Notes: a model not told the origin generated them from the letters alone. A stretch of DNA of 64,000 nt from the human T2T-CHM13v2.0 reference genome, Homo sapiens (GCF_009914755.1 NC_060930.1), one strand, 5' to 3'; shown: positions 1 to 25,420, numbered from the stretch's first letter. Numbers and translations are program-made.

Positions 1-148
1 ATGGTCTTAGCAAACGGCACACCAGGAGATTATAACCCGTGCCTGGCTCGGCGGTTCCCACACCTATGGAGCCTTGCTTACTGCTAGCACAGCAGTCCGA
101 GATCAAACTGCAAGACGGCCCCAAGACTGGGGGAGGGGCGTCTGCCAT
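1..148 (-). pseudogene. L1 ORF0 homologue, open from ATG 148 to the window edge
   Basis: Translates MADAPPPVLGPSCSLISDCCASSKQGSIGVGTAEPGTGYNLLVCRLLRP, similar to L1 ORF0 (MAGAPPPASLPPCSLISDCCASNQRDSVGVGPSEP...). Confidence 0.7.
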
Positions 149-3100
149 TGCTGAGGCTTGACTAGGTAAACGAAGCGGCCAGAAAGCTCAAACTGGGTGG
201 AGCCCACCAGAGCTCAACCAGGCCTGCCTGCCTCTGTAGACTCCACTTCTGGGGGCAGGGCATAACTTAACAAAAGGCAGCAGAAACCTGCAGACTTAAA
301 CGTCCCTGTCTGACAGCTTTGAAGAGAGCAGTGGTCCTCCCAGCACAGAGTCTGAGATCTGGGAATGGACAGACTGCCTCCTCAAGTGGGTCCCTGACCC
401 CTGAGTAGCCCAGTGGGAGACACCTCCCAGTAGGGGCCGACTGACACGTCATACAGCCAGGTGCCCCTCTGAGATGAAGGTTCCAGAGGAAGGATCAGGC
501 AGCAACATTTGCCGTTCTGCAATATTTGTTGTTCTGCAGCCTCTGCTGGTGACACCCAGGCAAACAGCGTCTGGAGTAGACCTCCAGCAAACTCCAAAAG
601 ACCTGCAGCTGAGGGTCCTGAATGTTAGAAGGAAAACTAACAAAGCATCAACAAAACTAGCATCAACATCAACAAAAAGGACATCCACACCAAAACCCCA
701 TCTGTAGGTCACCATCATCAAAGACCAAAGTTTGATAAAACCACAAAGATGCGGAGAAAACAGAGTAGAAAAGCCAAAAATTTTAAAAATCAGAGCGACT
801 CTTCTCCAAAGGATCGCAGCTCCTCGCCAGCAAAGGAAGAAAGCTGGATGGAGAATGACTTTAATGAGTTGACAGAAGTAGGCTTCAGAAGATTGGTAAT
901 AACAAACTTCTCCGAGCTAAAGGAGGGTGTTCGAACCCATCTCAAAGAAGCTAAAAACCTGGAAAAACGATTAGACAAATGGCTAATTACAATAAACAGC
1001 ATAGAGAAGATCTTAAATGACCTGATGGAGCTGAAAACCATGGCATGAGAAATACGTGACGAATGCACAAGCTTCAGTAGCTGACTCGATCAACTGGAAG
1101 AAAGGGTATCAGAGATTGAAGATCAAATGAATGAAATGAAGTGAGAAGAGAAGTTTAGAGACAAAAGAGTAAAAAGAAATGAACAAAGTCTCCAAGAAAT
1201 ATGGGACTATGTGAAAAGACCAAATCTACGTTTCATTGGTGTACCTGAAAGTGACGGGGAGAATGGAACCAAGTTGGAAAACACTCTTCAGGATATTATG
1301 CAGGAGAACTTCCCCAACCTAGCAAGGCAGGCCAACATTCAAATTCAGGAAATACACAGAACGCCACAAAGATACTCCTCCAGAAGGGGAATCCCAAGAC
1401 ACATAATTGTCAGATTCACCAAGGTTGAAATGAAGGAAAAAATGGTAAGGGCAGCCAGAGAGAAAGGTCGGGTTACCCACAAAGGGAAGCCCATCAGACT
1501 AACAGCAGATCTCTCAGCAGAAACACTACAAGCCAGAAGAGAGAGGGGGCCGATATTCAACATGCTTAAAGAAAAGAATTTTTAACCCAGAATTTCATAT
1601 CCAGCCAAACTAAGCTTCATAAGTGAAGGAGAAATAAAATCCTTTACAGACAAGCAAATGCTGAGAGATTTTGTCACCACCAGGCCTGCCTTACAAGAGC
1701 TCCTGAAGGAAGAACTAAACATGGAAAGGAACAACCAGTACCAGCCACTGCAAAAATAGGCCAAATTGTAAAGACCATCGATGCTATGAAGAAACTGCAT
1801 CAACTAATGAGCAAAATAACCAGCTAACATCATGATGACAGGATCAAATTCACACATAACAATATTAACCTTCAATGTAAATGGGCTAAAAGCCCCAATT
1901 AAAAGACACAGACTGGCAAATTGGATAAAGAGTCAAGACCCATCAGTGTGCTGTATTCAGGAGACCCATCTCACATGCAGAGACACACATAGGCTCAAAA
2001 TAAAGGGATGGAGGAAGATCTACCAAGCAAATGGAAAGCAAAAAAACCGGGGGTTGCTATCCTAGTCTCTGCTAAAACAGACTTTAAACCAACAAAGATC
2101 AAAAGAGACAAAGAAGGCCGTTAACATAATGGTAAAGGGATCAATTCAACAACAAGAGCTAACTATCCTAAATATATATGCACCCAATACAGGAGCACCC
2201 AGATCCATAAAGCGAGTCCTTAGAAACCTACAAAGAGACTTAGACTCCCAAACAATAATAATGGGAGACAATAATGGGAGACCTTAACACTCCACTGTCA
2301 ATATTAGATCAATGAGACAGAAGGTTAACAAGGATATCCAGGACTTGAACTCAGCTCTGCACCAAGTGGACTTAATAGACACATACAGAACTCTCCACCC
2401 AAAATTAACAGAATATACTTTCTTCTCAGCACCACATTGCACTTACTCCAAAATTAACCACTTAGTTGGAAGTAAGGCACTCCTCAGCAAATGTAAAAGA
2501 ACAGAAATCACAACAAACTCTCTCAGACCATAGTGCAATCAAATTGGAACTCAGAATTAAGAAACTCATTCAAAACTGCACAACTACATGGAAACTGAAC
2601 AACCTGCTCCTGAATGACTACTGGGTACATAATGAAATGAAGGCAGAAATAAAGATGTTCTTTGAAACCAACGAGAACAAAGACACAACATACCAGAATC
2701 TCTGGGACACATTCAAAGCAGTGTGTAGAGGGAAATTTATAGCACTAAATGCCCACAAGAGAAAGCAGGAAAGACTGAAAATCGACACCCTAACATCACA
2801 ATTAAAAGAACTGGAGAAGCCAGAGCAAACACATTCAAAAGCTAGCAGAACGCAAGAAATAACTAAGATCAGACCAGAACTGAAGGCGACAGAGACACAA
2901 AAAAAAAAACTTCAAAAAATCAATGAATCTAGGAATTGGTTTTTTGAAAAGATCAACAAAATTGATAGACCACTAGCAGACTAATAAGGAAGAAAAGAGA
3001 GAAGAATCAAATAGATGTAATAAGAATGATAAAGGGGGTATCACCACCAATCCCACGGAAATACAAACTACCATCAGAGAATACTATAAACACTTCTACA

Positions 3101-3329
3101 CAAATAAATTAGAAAATCTAGAAGAAATAGAAAAATTCCTGGACACATACAACCTCCCAAGACTAAACCAGGAAGAAGTTGAATCCCTGAATAGACCAAT
3201 AACAGGCTCTGAAATTGAGGCAATAATTAATAGTGTACCAAGCAAGAAAAGCCACAGACCAGACATATTCACAGCTGAATTCTATCAGAGGTACCAGGAG
3301 GAGCTGGCAGGCAGGAGAAAGAAATAAAA

Positions 3330-4113
<784 letters not shown>

Positions 4114-5890
4114 TGAACTCCCATTCACAATTGCTTCAAAGAGAATAAAACACCCAGGAATCCAACTTACAAGGGATGTGAAGGACCTCTTCAAGGAGAA
4201 CTACAAACCACTGCTCAATGAAATAAAAGAGGACAAACAAATGGAAGAACATTCCATGCTTATGGATAGGAAGAATCAGTATTGTGAAAATGGCCATACT
4301 GCCCAAGGTAATTTATAGATTAACTGCCATCCCCATTGAGCTACCAATGACTTTCTTCACATAATTGGAAAAAACTACTTTAAAGTTCATATGGAACCAA
4401 AAAAGAGCCCACATTGCCAAGACAATCCTAAGCAAAAAGATCAAAGCTGGAGGCATCTTGCTACCTGACTTCAAATTATATTATAAGGCTACAGTAACCA
4501 AATAGCATGGTACTGATACTAAAACAGAGATATAGACCAATGGCACAGAACAGAGCCCTCAGAAATAATACCACACATCTACAACCATCTGATCTTTGAC
4601 AAACCTGACAAAAACAAGAAATGAGGAAAAGATTCCCTACTTAATAAATGGTGCTGGGAAAACTGGCTAACCATATGTAGAAAGATGAAACTGGATCCCT
4701 TCCTTACACCTTATACAAAAATTAATTCAAGATGGATTAAAGACTTAAATGTAAGACCTAAAACCATAAGAACCCTAGAAGAAAACGTAGGCTATACCAT
4801 TCAGGTCATAGGCATAGGCAAGGACTTCATGACTAAAACACCAAAAGCAATGGCAACAAAAGTCAAAATTGACAAATGGCATCTAATTAAACTAAAGAGC
4901 TTCTGCACAGCAAAAGAAACTACCATCAGAGTGAATAGGCAACCCACAGAATGGGAGAATATTTTTGCAATCTACCCATCTGACAAAGGGCTAATATCCA
5001 GAATCTACAAAGAACTTAAACAAATTTACAAGAAAAAATCAAACAACCCCATCAAAAAGTGGGCGAAGGATATGAACAGACACTTCTCAAAAGACATGCA
5101 GCCAACAGACACACGAAAAAATGCTCATCATCACCGGCCATCAGAGAAATACAAATCAAAACCACAATGAGATACCATCTCACACCAGTTAGAATGGCGA
5201 TCATTAAAAAGTCAGGAAACAACAGGTGCTGGAGAGGATGGGAGAAATAGGAACACTTTTACACTGTTGGTGGGAGTGTAAACTCGTTCAACCATGTGGA
5301 AGACAGTGTGGTGATTCCTCAAGGATCTAGAACTAGAAATACCATTTGACCCAGCCATCCCATTACTGGTTATATACCCAAAGGATTATAAATCATGCTA
5401 TTATAAAGACACATGCACACGTATGTTTATTGCGGCACTATTCACAATAGCAAAGACTTGGAACCAACCCAAATGTCCATCAATGACAGATTGGATTAAG
5501 AAAATGTGGCACATATGCACCATGGAATACTATGCAGCCATAAAAAAGAGTGAGTTCATGTCCTTTGTAGGGACATGGATGAAGCTGGAAACCATCATTC
5601 TGAGCAAACTATCTCAAGCACAGAAAACCAAACACCACATGTTCTCACTCATAGGTGGGAACTGAACAATGAGAACACTTGGACACATGGTGGGGAACAT
5701 CACACACTGGGGCCTGTAGTGGGTTGGGGGGAGGGGGAAGGGATAGCATTAGGAGAATACCTAATGTAAATGATGAGTTAATGGGTGCAGCACACCAACG
5801 TGGCACATATATACATATGTAACAAACCTGCACGTTGTGCACATGTACCCTAGAACTTAAAGTATAATAATAAAAAAAGAAAAAAAAAGA

Positions 5891-6060
5891 GAAAACCCTA
5901 GCATCCAAATTTTGGGGGAGGCTTATTTATTTAATAATAAAGCTCCAGTCTCCCATTTAGCCAGCTGTACATGTGTAAAGCTCTTTCTCTATTGCAATTC
6001 CCATCTTGATAAACCAGCTATATTTGGGCAGCAGGCAAGAAGAACCCATCAGGTGGTTAT
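5891..6060 (+). mobile_element. 3' part of an ERV1 solo LTR (LTR8/LTR8A-like) interrupted by L1 A
   Basis: ctctttctctattgcaattccc...gggcagcaggcaagaagaacccatcaggtggtta resembles the LTR8-type 3' end. Confidence 0.6.
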
Positions 6061-6061
6061 G

Positions 6062-7248
6062 CTCCCACATATGGTCAGTGATTTTTGATGAGATCAGTGA
6101 CTTCCACTGAGATCATTCAACGGAAGAAAGAAGAGTCTTTTTGACAAATGCAGCTGGGAAAAAAACTGGATATTCCCATGCAAAAGGATGAAGTTGAACC
6201 CTTACCCAACACCACGTACAAAAGAGCTAAAACTACACACTATTAGAAGAAAACAGGAGAAAGCCTTCATGACATTGAATTTGGCATGATTTCTTAGATA
6301 TATAACACCAAAAGCACAAAATAGAAAATTATATTTCATCAAAAATAAAAACTATTGTGCAAAGAACACAATCAACAAAATAAAAAGGCCATCCTCATTT
6401 GCAAATCACATATCTGATAAGTGACTAATATCCAAAATATCTAAAGAATTCCTAAAAACAACAAAACCCAATTCAAAAATGGGCAGAATAGGCTTGAAGA
6501 GATATTTCCCCAAAGAAGACAGACAAATGGCCAATAAGCACATGAAAAGATGTTCAACATCACTAATTATAGGAGAGATGCAAATCAAAATCACAAAGAC
6601 ATATCACTTCACACCTTTCATAATGATATTTCACTTTACTTCATATTTTTTTGCATGGCTATTACCCAAAAAACAAAAAATAACAAGTGGTGGCTAAGGT
6701 GTGGAGAAATTGTTACCCTCGTGGTCTGGTGATAGAAATGTAAAATGGTGTAACTGCTATGGAAAACAGTAGGGTAGTTCTTCAAAAAACTGACATAGAA
6801 GTACCATTGTGTCTAGCAATTTTACTTCTGTGTATATACCCAAAAGAACGGAAAGCAGGGACTCAGATTATGTGTACACTAATATTGGTACCAGTATTAT
6901 TCACAATAGGTAAAATGTGAAAGCAACACAACTTCCTATCAAGAGATGAATGGATAAGCAAAATGTGGAATATACATATAATAGAATGTTATTCAGCCCC
7001 AAAAAGGAATTAAATTCTGAGACATGCTACAATGTGGATGAACCTTAAGGACATTAAGTGAAATAAACCAGACACAAAAGTATAAATATGGTATGATTCC
7101 ACTTATATGAGGTACCTAGTCCGATTCATGGAAAAGAGATTAGAGGTTATCAGGTTAAATGAATAATTGTGAATGTGTATTTTACAACACTGAAGGTTAT
7201 CAGGATAAATATAAAATGGCAAATGTATATTTTACTATGATAAAAAAC
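6062..7248 (+). mobile_element. Old L1M (L1MB-like) ORF2 3' end / 3' UTR fragment
   Basis: Degenerate ORF2 C-terminus ([25 protein letters not shown]) and the gtatgattccacttatatgaggtacctag motif. Confidence 0.8.
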
Positions 7249-7340
7249 ACAGGAATACTCAATTTTTGTTTCTCCTCACTGCTTTTCTTCATGTTTAGAG
7301 GAAAGTAACATAACAAAAAACAGAATAGACATGAACTTTT

Positions 7341-7634
7341 TTCTTTTTCTTTTTTGAGACAGGGTCTCAGTCTATCATCCAGGCTGGAGTGTAGTGGTGC
7401 AATCATAGAGCACCACAACCTCAAACTCCAGGTCTCAAACAATCCTCCCACCTCAGCCTCTCAAGTAGCTGAGGGTACAGGCACATGCCACCACTCACAA
7501 CTATTTAAAAATTTTTGTAGAGTTGGGGTCTCATGATGTTACCCAAGCTGGTCTCGAACTCCTGGGCTAAGCCATCCTCCTGCCTGAGCCTCCCAAAGTG
7601 CTGGGATTATAAGTGTGAGCCACCATGACTAGCT
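7341..7634 (-). mobile_element. AluJ-like SINE
   Basis: T-tail then gagacagggtctc...cccaaagtgctgggatt; near-TSD catgaactttt / catgtactttt. Confidence 0.9.
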
Positions 7635-9699
7635 GCCATGTACTTTTAAATGTCACTAGATTTACAAGAGCCAATCAAATGAACATCTATATATTTTAAA
7701 CTATAGGACAATCAACCAATTTTCAGAGGAACAGCTGGGATTGCTGTAAAACAGAAACTGCAAGCACTGTCAACCTACCCTCTTAACCTTTTTGTTTTTT
7801 AAATCCTAAAACAAAGGGGAAAAGCAAGACCAGAAAACATAAAAACCCCAAAACCTGTCTTATCAGTATACAAAGCAGGAAGCAAAGGTAGAGGCAAATA
7901 GTTAAATTCATTAAAGAAGAATGAAAAAAATTAAAATAAATTTTCATTAATGAAAAATGAAAATAATTAACAGTTAGTGCATGAGCCCCAAATACTCTGA
8001 TGACTGTCATCAGAACTTTTCTGCAGAGCAAGGCTGCAGCTCCTCTGATAGAAAAGACTTCCCAAGAATGTCTCTAGCACTCTTGCCAGTGTGAACAGAT
8101 GTAGCTGAGGAACTTATCAAAGTTATAAAAATCTTCCCAAACTGTCACTTGACCTTTAAAAATGATACTGGCATTTTCATCTTGCAATGCCAAGTTTATT
8201 TAGATGTAAAACAACACGTCCATATATGGACCATACATAAATCTGCATTCCCATCAGCCAACAGAGCAGCACCTTGGGGCCGCTATGACTGTCAGGATTG
8301 GTACAGCCACAGTAGCTAGGTGGCTTTGTGACATCTTGTCTTCTGGAGCCTTCCACAGCTCCTGTTGCCCCAGACTTCTGAGAGACGTACAAATAGAGAG
8401 TGAAGTTACTCTGTTTACCCACTTTACGTACCTATTACCTCGTTTAATTCTCAGAACCATATGTATTATTATCAGGTCCTATGAGGGAGCTGGATATCAG
8501 GGCTTTTCCTCATTTGTAAAGCAGATGATGAAAATTAAACAGCAGCTCATGCACACATCTGAATGCCAAGGGTGGGACCCAGAACGCAGTAAAAAATGAA
8601 AAAAGCACTAGTCAGTTCCCTTGAGGTCATGGGAGCCTTTGGCTCAGTCAGGCCTAGAGGCCCCATCTTCCAAGTCCTTATACTCTTTCAACCAAAAGAG
8701 CAGTTTTTCAGACTGGGAGTGCATGATACCTGAATGCATACAACTCTCCATGGAATATGTGAATGCAGATAACTTTAAGTTAGGGAATAAATTCCCAGAC
8801 CCTTGGCATCCCTACATACGGCATAAGCTTTCCTAAAACTGATCCACTTGGATAGGGGCAGGTTCTCCATGCTTCTCTCTCGCTCTGCCCCCCACCCCCG
8901 CCCCACCCCACTTCACATCACCCTTCTCCCACTTCACAAAGGGCCTGACTGCTCACCCATCCTGTATTGTTATTAAATGCACTGTCCCACCTAATATAAC
9001 CTCCAGGGCACCAAACAAAGGTAATCAGAAATATTGCTATCTTTATTAAGAAAGCCAATGTCTCTAATGAATGGGTAATAAATCCTTTGGGGCAACCAGA
9101 GGTTTCTAACTATTTGCATTCAACAAAACTGGAGGTGACCTAATATCATTAATAAATCATTAAAATAGTTTTTGCTGTCAGATCACCATGTAATTTTTGG
9201 CTTAAAGCTTGAGAGTTCAAAAAACTGAGAAACACTGCTGTAAGAAAATGATTCCCACCTTAATTACTTCTTTACGTAAAAAAAAGTTGACCTAATAGGA
9301 ATGAAATTTATACTAAATTCTATCTCTAGCAATCTGTAATATTTGTCAATACAGAATATATAATCAACAACAAAATGCTCCATCCATGTCACTAAGAAAT
9401 CTAATAAATGTAGCTTTTATGTTTAATAGTTAATTACCCAACCCTGTAACATTTATTGTTGTTTTGATTAATTGTTTACCAATACTAATTGTAATGGTAA
9501 GTCAGTCCTGAAGCTTTTCTAAGACAGAGGCTGATAGCCACAGGATTATAAAACTTTAAATTCTATCTATATTCTTTTTGTCATTGTAGATATGTGTAAT
9601 AGGGAGATGACTTTGAACCTCAAAATATTATGCTAAGATAAAATTCTGAGGAGGAATGAAGATAGAAAAAAAAAAGAGCAATATAAAATATCCAAACGT

Positions 9700-10022
<323 letters not shown>

Positions 10023-10197
10023 TCCATCCAAATGTCATTGAAAAGTATGTTTATTAAATGAATGGTGGTGGGTATCAAACTGTTAACAATATTTATAGAT
10101 CTACTGGATATATTTAAATTTCATTACAAATGTCAACATTTATAATGCACTGGAAATCAAAAGTTTTGCAACAGTTTAAAATGATTTTTAAAATGTA

Positions 10198-14452
<4,255 letters not shown>

Positions 14453-15181
14453 TAAAATGTAGATGTCAATTAAAAAATATCCCAGAGGGTTAATGTTACA
14501 AAATTCTTTTAGAAATTATGTGACCAGAAAATGTTGGGGACCACTGCATCAGATCCCTGGGTCTGGCCACAATTCTTGCCAGAAACTGAAATGGAGGGTA
14601 CAGGGTCTGTGGAGAAGGAACAAGGAAAGCAGCCACTGCATTCACAGGTAAGAAGGGGCAACCACATAGGTAGGTAAAACCACACACAGACACCCCCTCG
14701 CCCCACACACACACCCACACCCTCTCTCTCTCCTACATTTTCCTCATTCTGGACTAAATAAGCTTTAGAATGTTTTTATTAATGAAAACTTAAGCAATGT
14801 TTGCAAAAAGAGAAGCAAGCTTATGGGGCTTCCCAAAAAAGCATCAGGCACTTGAAGCCCAGCAAGGGGCTCAGTGTCCCCAGGCAAGGCTGGGAGAAGG
14901 GTGGACACAGAGAAGGCTGGCATCTGGGATCCTTTCCACCTCCTCCAACAGGTGCTGGTCAGAAGAATATTCCTAACCTTCCCAGCCCAGGAAATGACCT
15001 TAAAATACTGCTTCTAATCATGTGCTCAAAAAAAAAATCTATTTCGTGCCCTCTCCTTTGTAACATACTATCTCTTTGATTCATTCATTTGTGCCAACGA
15101 TAATCACTGTATCATGTAGTAACTATGTCCTAGGTCCACACTGGGCCCTGGGATTACATAGTAATTAAAAACCACACCTAG

Positions 15182-15413
15182 GGCCAGGCACCGTGGCTCA
15201 CACCTGTAATCCCAGCACTTTGGGAAACCGAGGTAGGTGCATCACCTGAGGTCAGGAGTTTGAGACCAACCTGGCCAACATGTTGAAACCCCACCTTTAC
15301 TAAAAATACAAAAATTAGCCAGGCATGATGGCTTGCACCTGTAATCCTAGCTACTCAGGAGGCTGAAGCAGGGGAATCGCTTCAATCCAGGAGGTGGAAG
15401 TTGCAGTGAGCCA
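15182..15413 (+). mobile_element. AluS-like SINE lacking its 3' end and A-tail
   Basis: Typical Alu through ...gttgcagtgagcca, then an abrupt switch to non-Alu sequence. Confidence 0.88.
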
Positions 15414-16325
15414 GGTTAGCATCCTCCTCTGAGCTACATGTAAGTCAACTTCCTAGCTTTCACCGTTAGGAGTTAGCATCAGAAGTCAGAACCCACAGGA
15501 GAACACCCTTCACCTCCTCTCCATCTAAAATGTCCTTTAGATGCTTTTAGTTCTCTCACATCTCACTTCCTCCCAGGACTCTTTGTAGACAAGCCCTATT
15601 TAACTCTTGTCCCTGTAATCACCCTAGTAATACCCAATGGTGTAATTAAGGTACCCAATTTATGCAGTTCCACTTGGGTACAGACTAATTTGGGAAAGTC
15701 AAGTGCCTTTACCTCCTCCTCCCCCTAGGCCTCTAGAAACATAGTCCAGATGTCAGGAGAAGAACATTTAGAGGCACTTAACAAATCAAGACAGTGCAAT
15801 TATCTGGTATACCCTCAATTAGGGCAGTCACCCATAGTGGAAAGAACAAGGCAAAAAGAACTAATATTTATTACTTGCCTAGAGCACTTAAAACAATCAC
15901 TCGAGGCAGTCAACCCTTGCCAATGTAATGCAAACACTAAGCAGTGAAGCTGGATTTGAACATGGGCTGTTACGCCTATGTGAGCTCCCCACCAGCCTCC
16001 AGCCTCTCACACGTGTGAAGAGGCCAAATACTCAACTGACTCACGACCACCTTGACAAACCTCCCCTTTTAATGGCTGTTGATGGTAATGCCTTGCTATA
16101 TACATAAATGCTCATGACATTCTCTTTCCTTTTAGTATAAAAGCTCTTAGAATCAGAGTAGGGACCACGTTTATCTTCCAGTTTCTATTTAAAGGGCTCA
16201 ATACAATCTTAGACATACAACACAGACTTCAAAACTATGATTTGATTGACAATCTCTGTGCAGGACTCCTTTCAGGGATTAAACTCTGTTTATAATAAAT
16301 TCCCTCAGCTTCCAAGTGTCTTATA

Positions 16326-16440
16326 ATTCATTCATTCAAAAAATATTTAATAAGCATTCACTGCATGCTAGGCACTGCTCTGGACACTACAGATACAACA
16401 GTAAACAAAAGAAAATTCCTACCCTGGTATTCTAGTGGGA
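16326..16440 (-). mobile_element. L2 3' fragment
   Basis: attcattcattcaaaaaatattt...tgctaggcactgctctgg. Confidence 0.65.
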
Positions 16441-16974
16441 GAAACAACTGAAATACATATTCAGGTATCATATTATTTAATGTGATATCAGGTGCTCTAA
16501 AGGATCCACAAAAGTCTATATTACCACTTCTTTGGTACAACTAGATGGACAAATACTTATCTATAGTTTTCCTATCAATTTACCACCCACCTTATCCAAG
16601 GCCTATTGAAAAAGTTAAAGGTCAAAAATTTGCCTAATGGGCATTCTGAAAACCAGATGCAAAAAAATAAAAAGGAAAGCCTGCTCCGACACTGCTATGT
16701 ATACTTTTAAATTCACAAGTTTACATAAAGACATGATAGTATCCAGGAAGAAGATTCCAATGGGCATGATTTAGATGCCACTTCCAAATACACAGAACCT
16801 GAAGAGTTCTTTACAGGACAGCTTCTCTCAAAGATGAGAACAGCACTTTGACATGCAGAAGATGGAAAAGTGGCTGCCTATTTCTCCACCTCATCTTCTC
16901 ACCACCCAGCCTCTTGCCATCAAGAACATCCTTCAGGTCTCTGAGTATTCAGGTCCACAAATATGGTTTTCTCT

Positions 16975-17280
16975 CTCTGGAGGGCTCCTTCATCCCTGTC
17001 CCATCACCCACTAGGCCCTGTTGTTCTTTACTTCTCAGCTCAAATGTCACTTCCTCCACAATTACTCCTACAATCAACAACTCCATTAGGGACCTCTGCT
17101 TTACACTCCCAGACACATTCATTTCTCTCAACAGGCACTGAAGCTACCATGCATATTTAGTCCAGAGAATCAATCTGGGAGGGCTGAGATGCTCTCTGTT
17201 TCAGGGAGCTGAAATACTCCCTGACTTAATTAAGCACAGTGCCTTGTACACAGTAGGTGCTCAATTAATATTTGTTAAGT
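16975..17280 (+). mobile_element. L2 fragments
   Basis: tctcagctcaaatgtcacttcctc and agcacagtgcc...agtaggtgctcaattaatatttgtt. Confidence 0.55.
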
Positions 17281-18329
17281 GGTAGAGAAGGCCTACTGAC
17301 TTGTTATATTAAAACATCTTCTGAATAGGATGAAGTTTGAGCTCAGGTAGGTAGAAGGAATCTTACAGAGTAATACAGTAGTACTGCTAAGATGCAAATC
17401 TCTTAGATAACTGAAATCTCAGTTAATGGAGAATGGTCAGCATTTAGCACACTCAGCTTTCACTAGAGATGCAGGTACAATTTAGGAATATCTGCAGTTC
17501 AAGCTGAAGGAACAACAGTCTTAGATTCAGCATGTAACATAAATAGTGTTTAAAGTTCTCTTTCCACAGGTGGAGGAGACGGATTTTAAAAAGTAAACAA
17601 ACTACTGCGTTTTTAGTTGTTTTAGGAAAAAGACCCAATCTGACTTCTGGTAGAGAACATGGCTGTCCTCCTCAGCAAATCCACCTCCAAGTTTTCTTGT
17701 TTTTTTTAACCTGCAAAAAGACTCAACCAATGATTTATTTTGTTTTTAATCCAAGGAAATTCCTAATCTCAGAAGAAATCGGACAAGAAAATTAACAAAC
17801 CTTCTACCAACAAGTGAGCAGTCAAATGAACCTGGTAGTGCTGCCTGCAGCAGCCAACATAAGGGGTATATTGGTGAGGAGAACCAAGGCTCCTCCAAGC
17901 ACATCTCTGTTCCCAGAAGGAGCCATCTCAGCCACATTGGCTTCAGCGCAAATTGGCTCAGGCCCCCAGCTCCTCTCCTCTGTTTCAATAATAAACCCCT
18001 GAGCCTGCTTCACATAATTCTGTATTTTCTCCCATTCTACCCTGAAAATTATTCTTCCGTTCAGTTCTGCCTGCCCTGACATGATACACGCCTAGGAGAC
18101 AGAGTTGTTGATGTATACATAGCAAATGAGGAAAAACTTAATTTTAATATCTATAGAAGTTATCAATTCTTATTCACAAGAATACGTAGTTTAAAAAATA
18201 AAAGACTACAGTTTATATACTAACTTGGCAGTTTTTATCTAGCTTGTAAAAATAAATATCAAATGGTCTATAAATCAGAGATAGTGAGAGATGAGATAAA
18301 ATTTTCACAAGACCAAATATTATCAGGAG

Positions 18330-18620
18330 AAAAAAGGTAGGGGTAGGAATTGGGGAAATGTTTGGTCAAAGGATACAAAATTTCAGTTAGAAAGAATACA
18401 TTTAGAAGATCAACTGCAACACAAATTGGTGACTATAGTTATTAACAATGTATTGTACACCTGCAAACTGCTGAGGAGATTTTAAATGTTTTCACCACAC
18501 ACACAAAAAATGATAAAATTGTAAGGTAATGAATATATTAATTAGCTTTAGTAATTCCACAATGTATCCCTATATCAAAACATTATAGTCTACACAACAA
18601 ATATATTAACATATAATTTT
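18330..18620 (+). mobile_element. Old L1MA-type 3' UTR fragment, host of L1 C; resumes at ~24850
   Basis: ggtcaaaggatacaaaatttcagttag...gtgactatagtt...atataatttt, with continuation tatttttcaat after L1 C. Confidence 0.75.
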
Positions 18621-24776
<6,156 letters not shown>

Positions 24777-24849
24777 GAAATATCCAGGAAGATCAACCCA
24801 CAGAACAAAGAAAGCTAATAAAGTACATTTTCTTGCAAAAAAAAAAAAA
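24777..24849 (+). other. Putative L1 3' transduction (60 bp unique sequence plus A13 tail)
   Basis: Non-L1 sequence with AATAAA at 24817-24822, 14 nt before A13 at 24837-24849. Confidence 0.7.
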
Positions 24850-25069
24850 TTATTTTTCAATGTAATACATTAACAACAAAAAGGAAAAAAGTAACAAAAG
24901 GTCAAAGGAGAAAGCTAAGAGTTGACATAACCAAGAAGAAAGACCTGAATTCAAGAATGGCAGAAGACAGTAATAATATCACAAGGCTCCTGCTAATCAG
25001 GTGCTTTACTTATTATAATGATGACATATTTTCATGTGTTAAATGACATGAGTTTCAGGACAGTCAACA

Positions 25070-25420
25070 ATGCAGGCGCTAGAACCAGGGCACCTGGGTT
25101 CAAAATTCTATCTCTGCCACATAACAGCTACATGACATTTTCAAGTTACTTCCTAGTGCTTCTGTTAAAAATGGGGATACTGATTATATAGATCAGAGGT
25201 AAACAACTATATTACCGTCAGGTTGCATTTGTTTAAGTCCTCTGTACTCACCAAGGGACTGCGTCCATAACTAAATATTAGCATTAGTATTAAAACAGCA
25301 AACAAACAGAGACAGTACTATTACCTACCTCAGGGTGTTATGAAGATTAAATAATACACGTAAAACCCTAAGGGTACTTCTTTGCCTATAGTAAATGCTC
25401 AATTTATGTCAACTATATTT
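25070..25420 (+). mobile_element. MIR fragments
   Basis: cctgggttcaaaattct...aaaatggggata...cctacctcagggtgttatgaagattaaa. Confidence 0.65.

Noticed and set aside
3301-3317. Clean spliced L1 (SpIRE) junction
   Set aside because: Exact GT-AG removal would give gagctggcaggag, but the sequence has an extra gcag; kept only as a weak possibility.
17640-18085. Unique moderately GC-rich block with several short ORFs
   Set aside because: No identifiable homology or splice architecture from sequence alone; it would need a conservation track.
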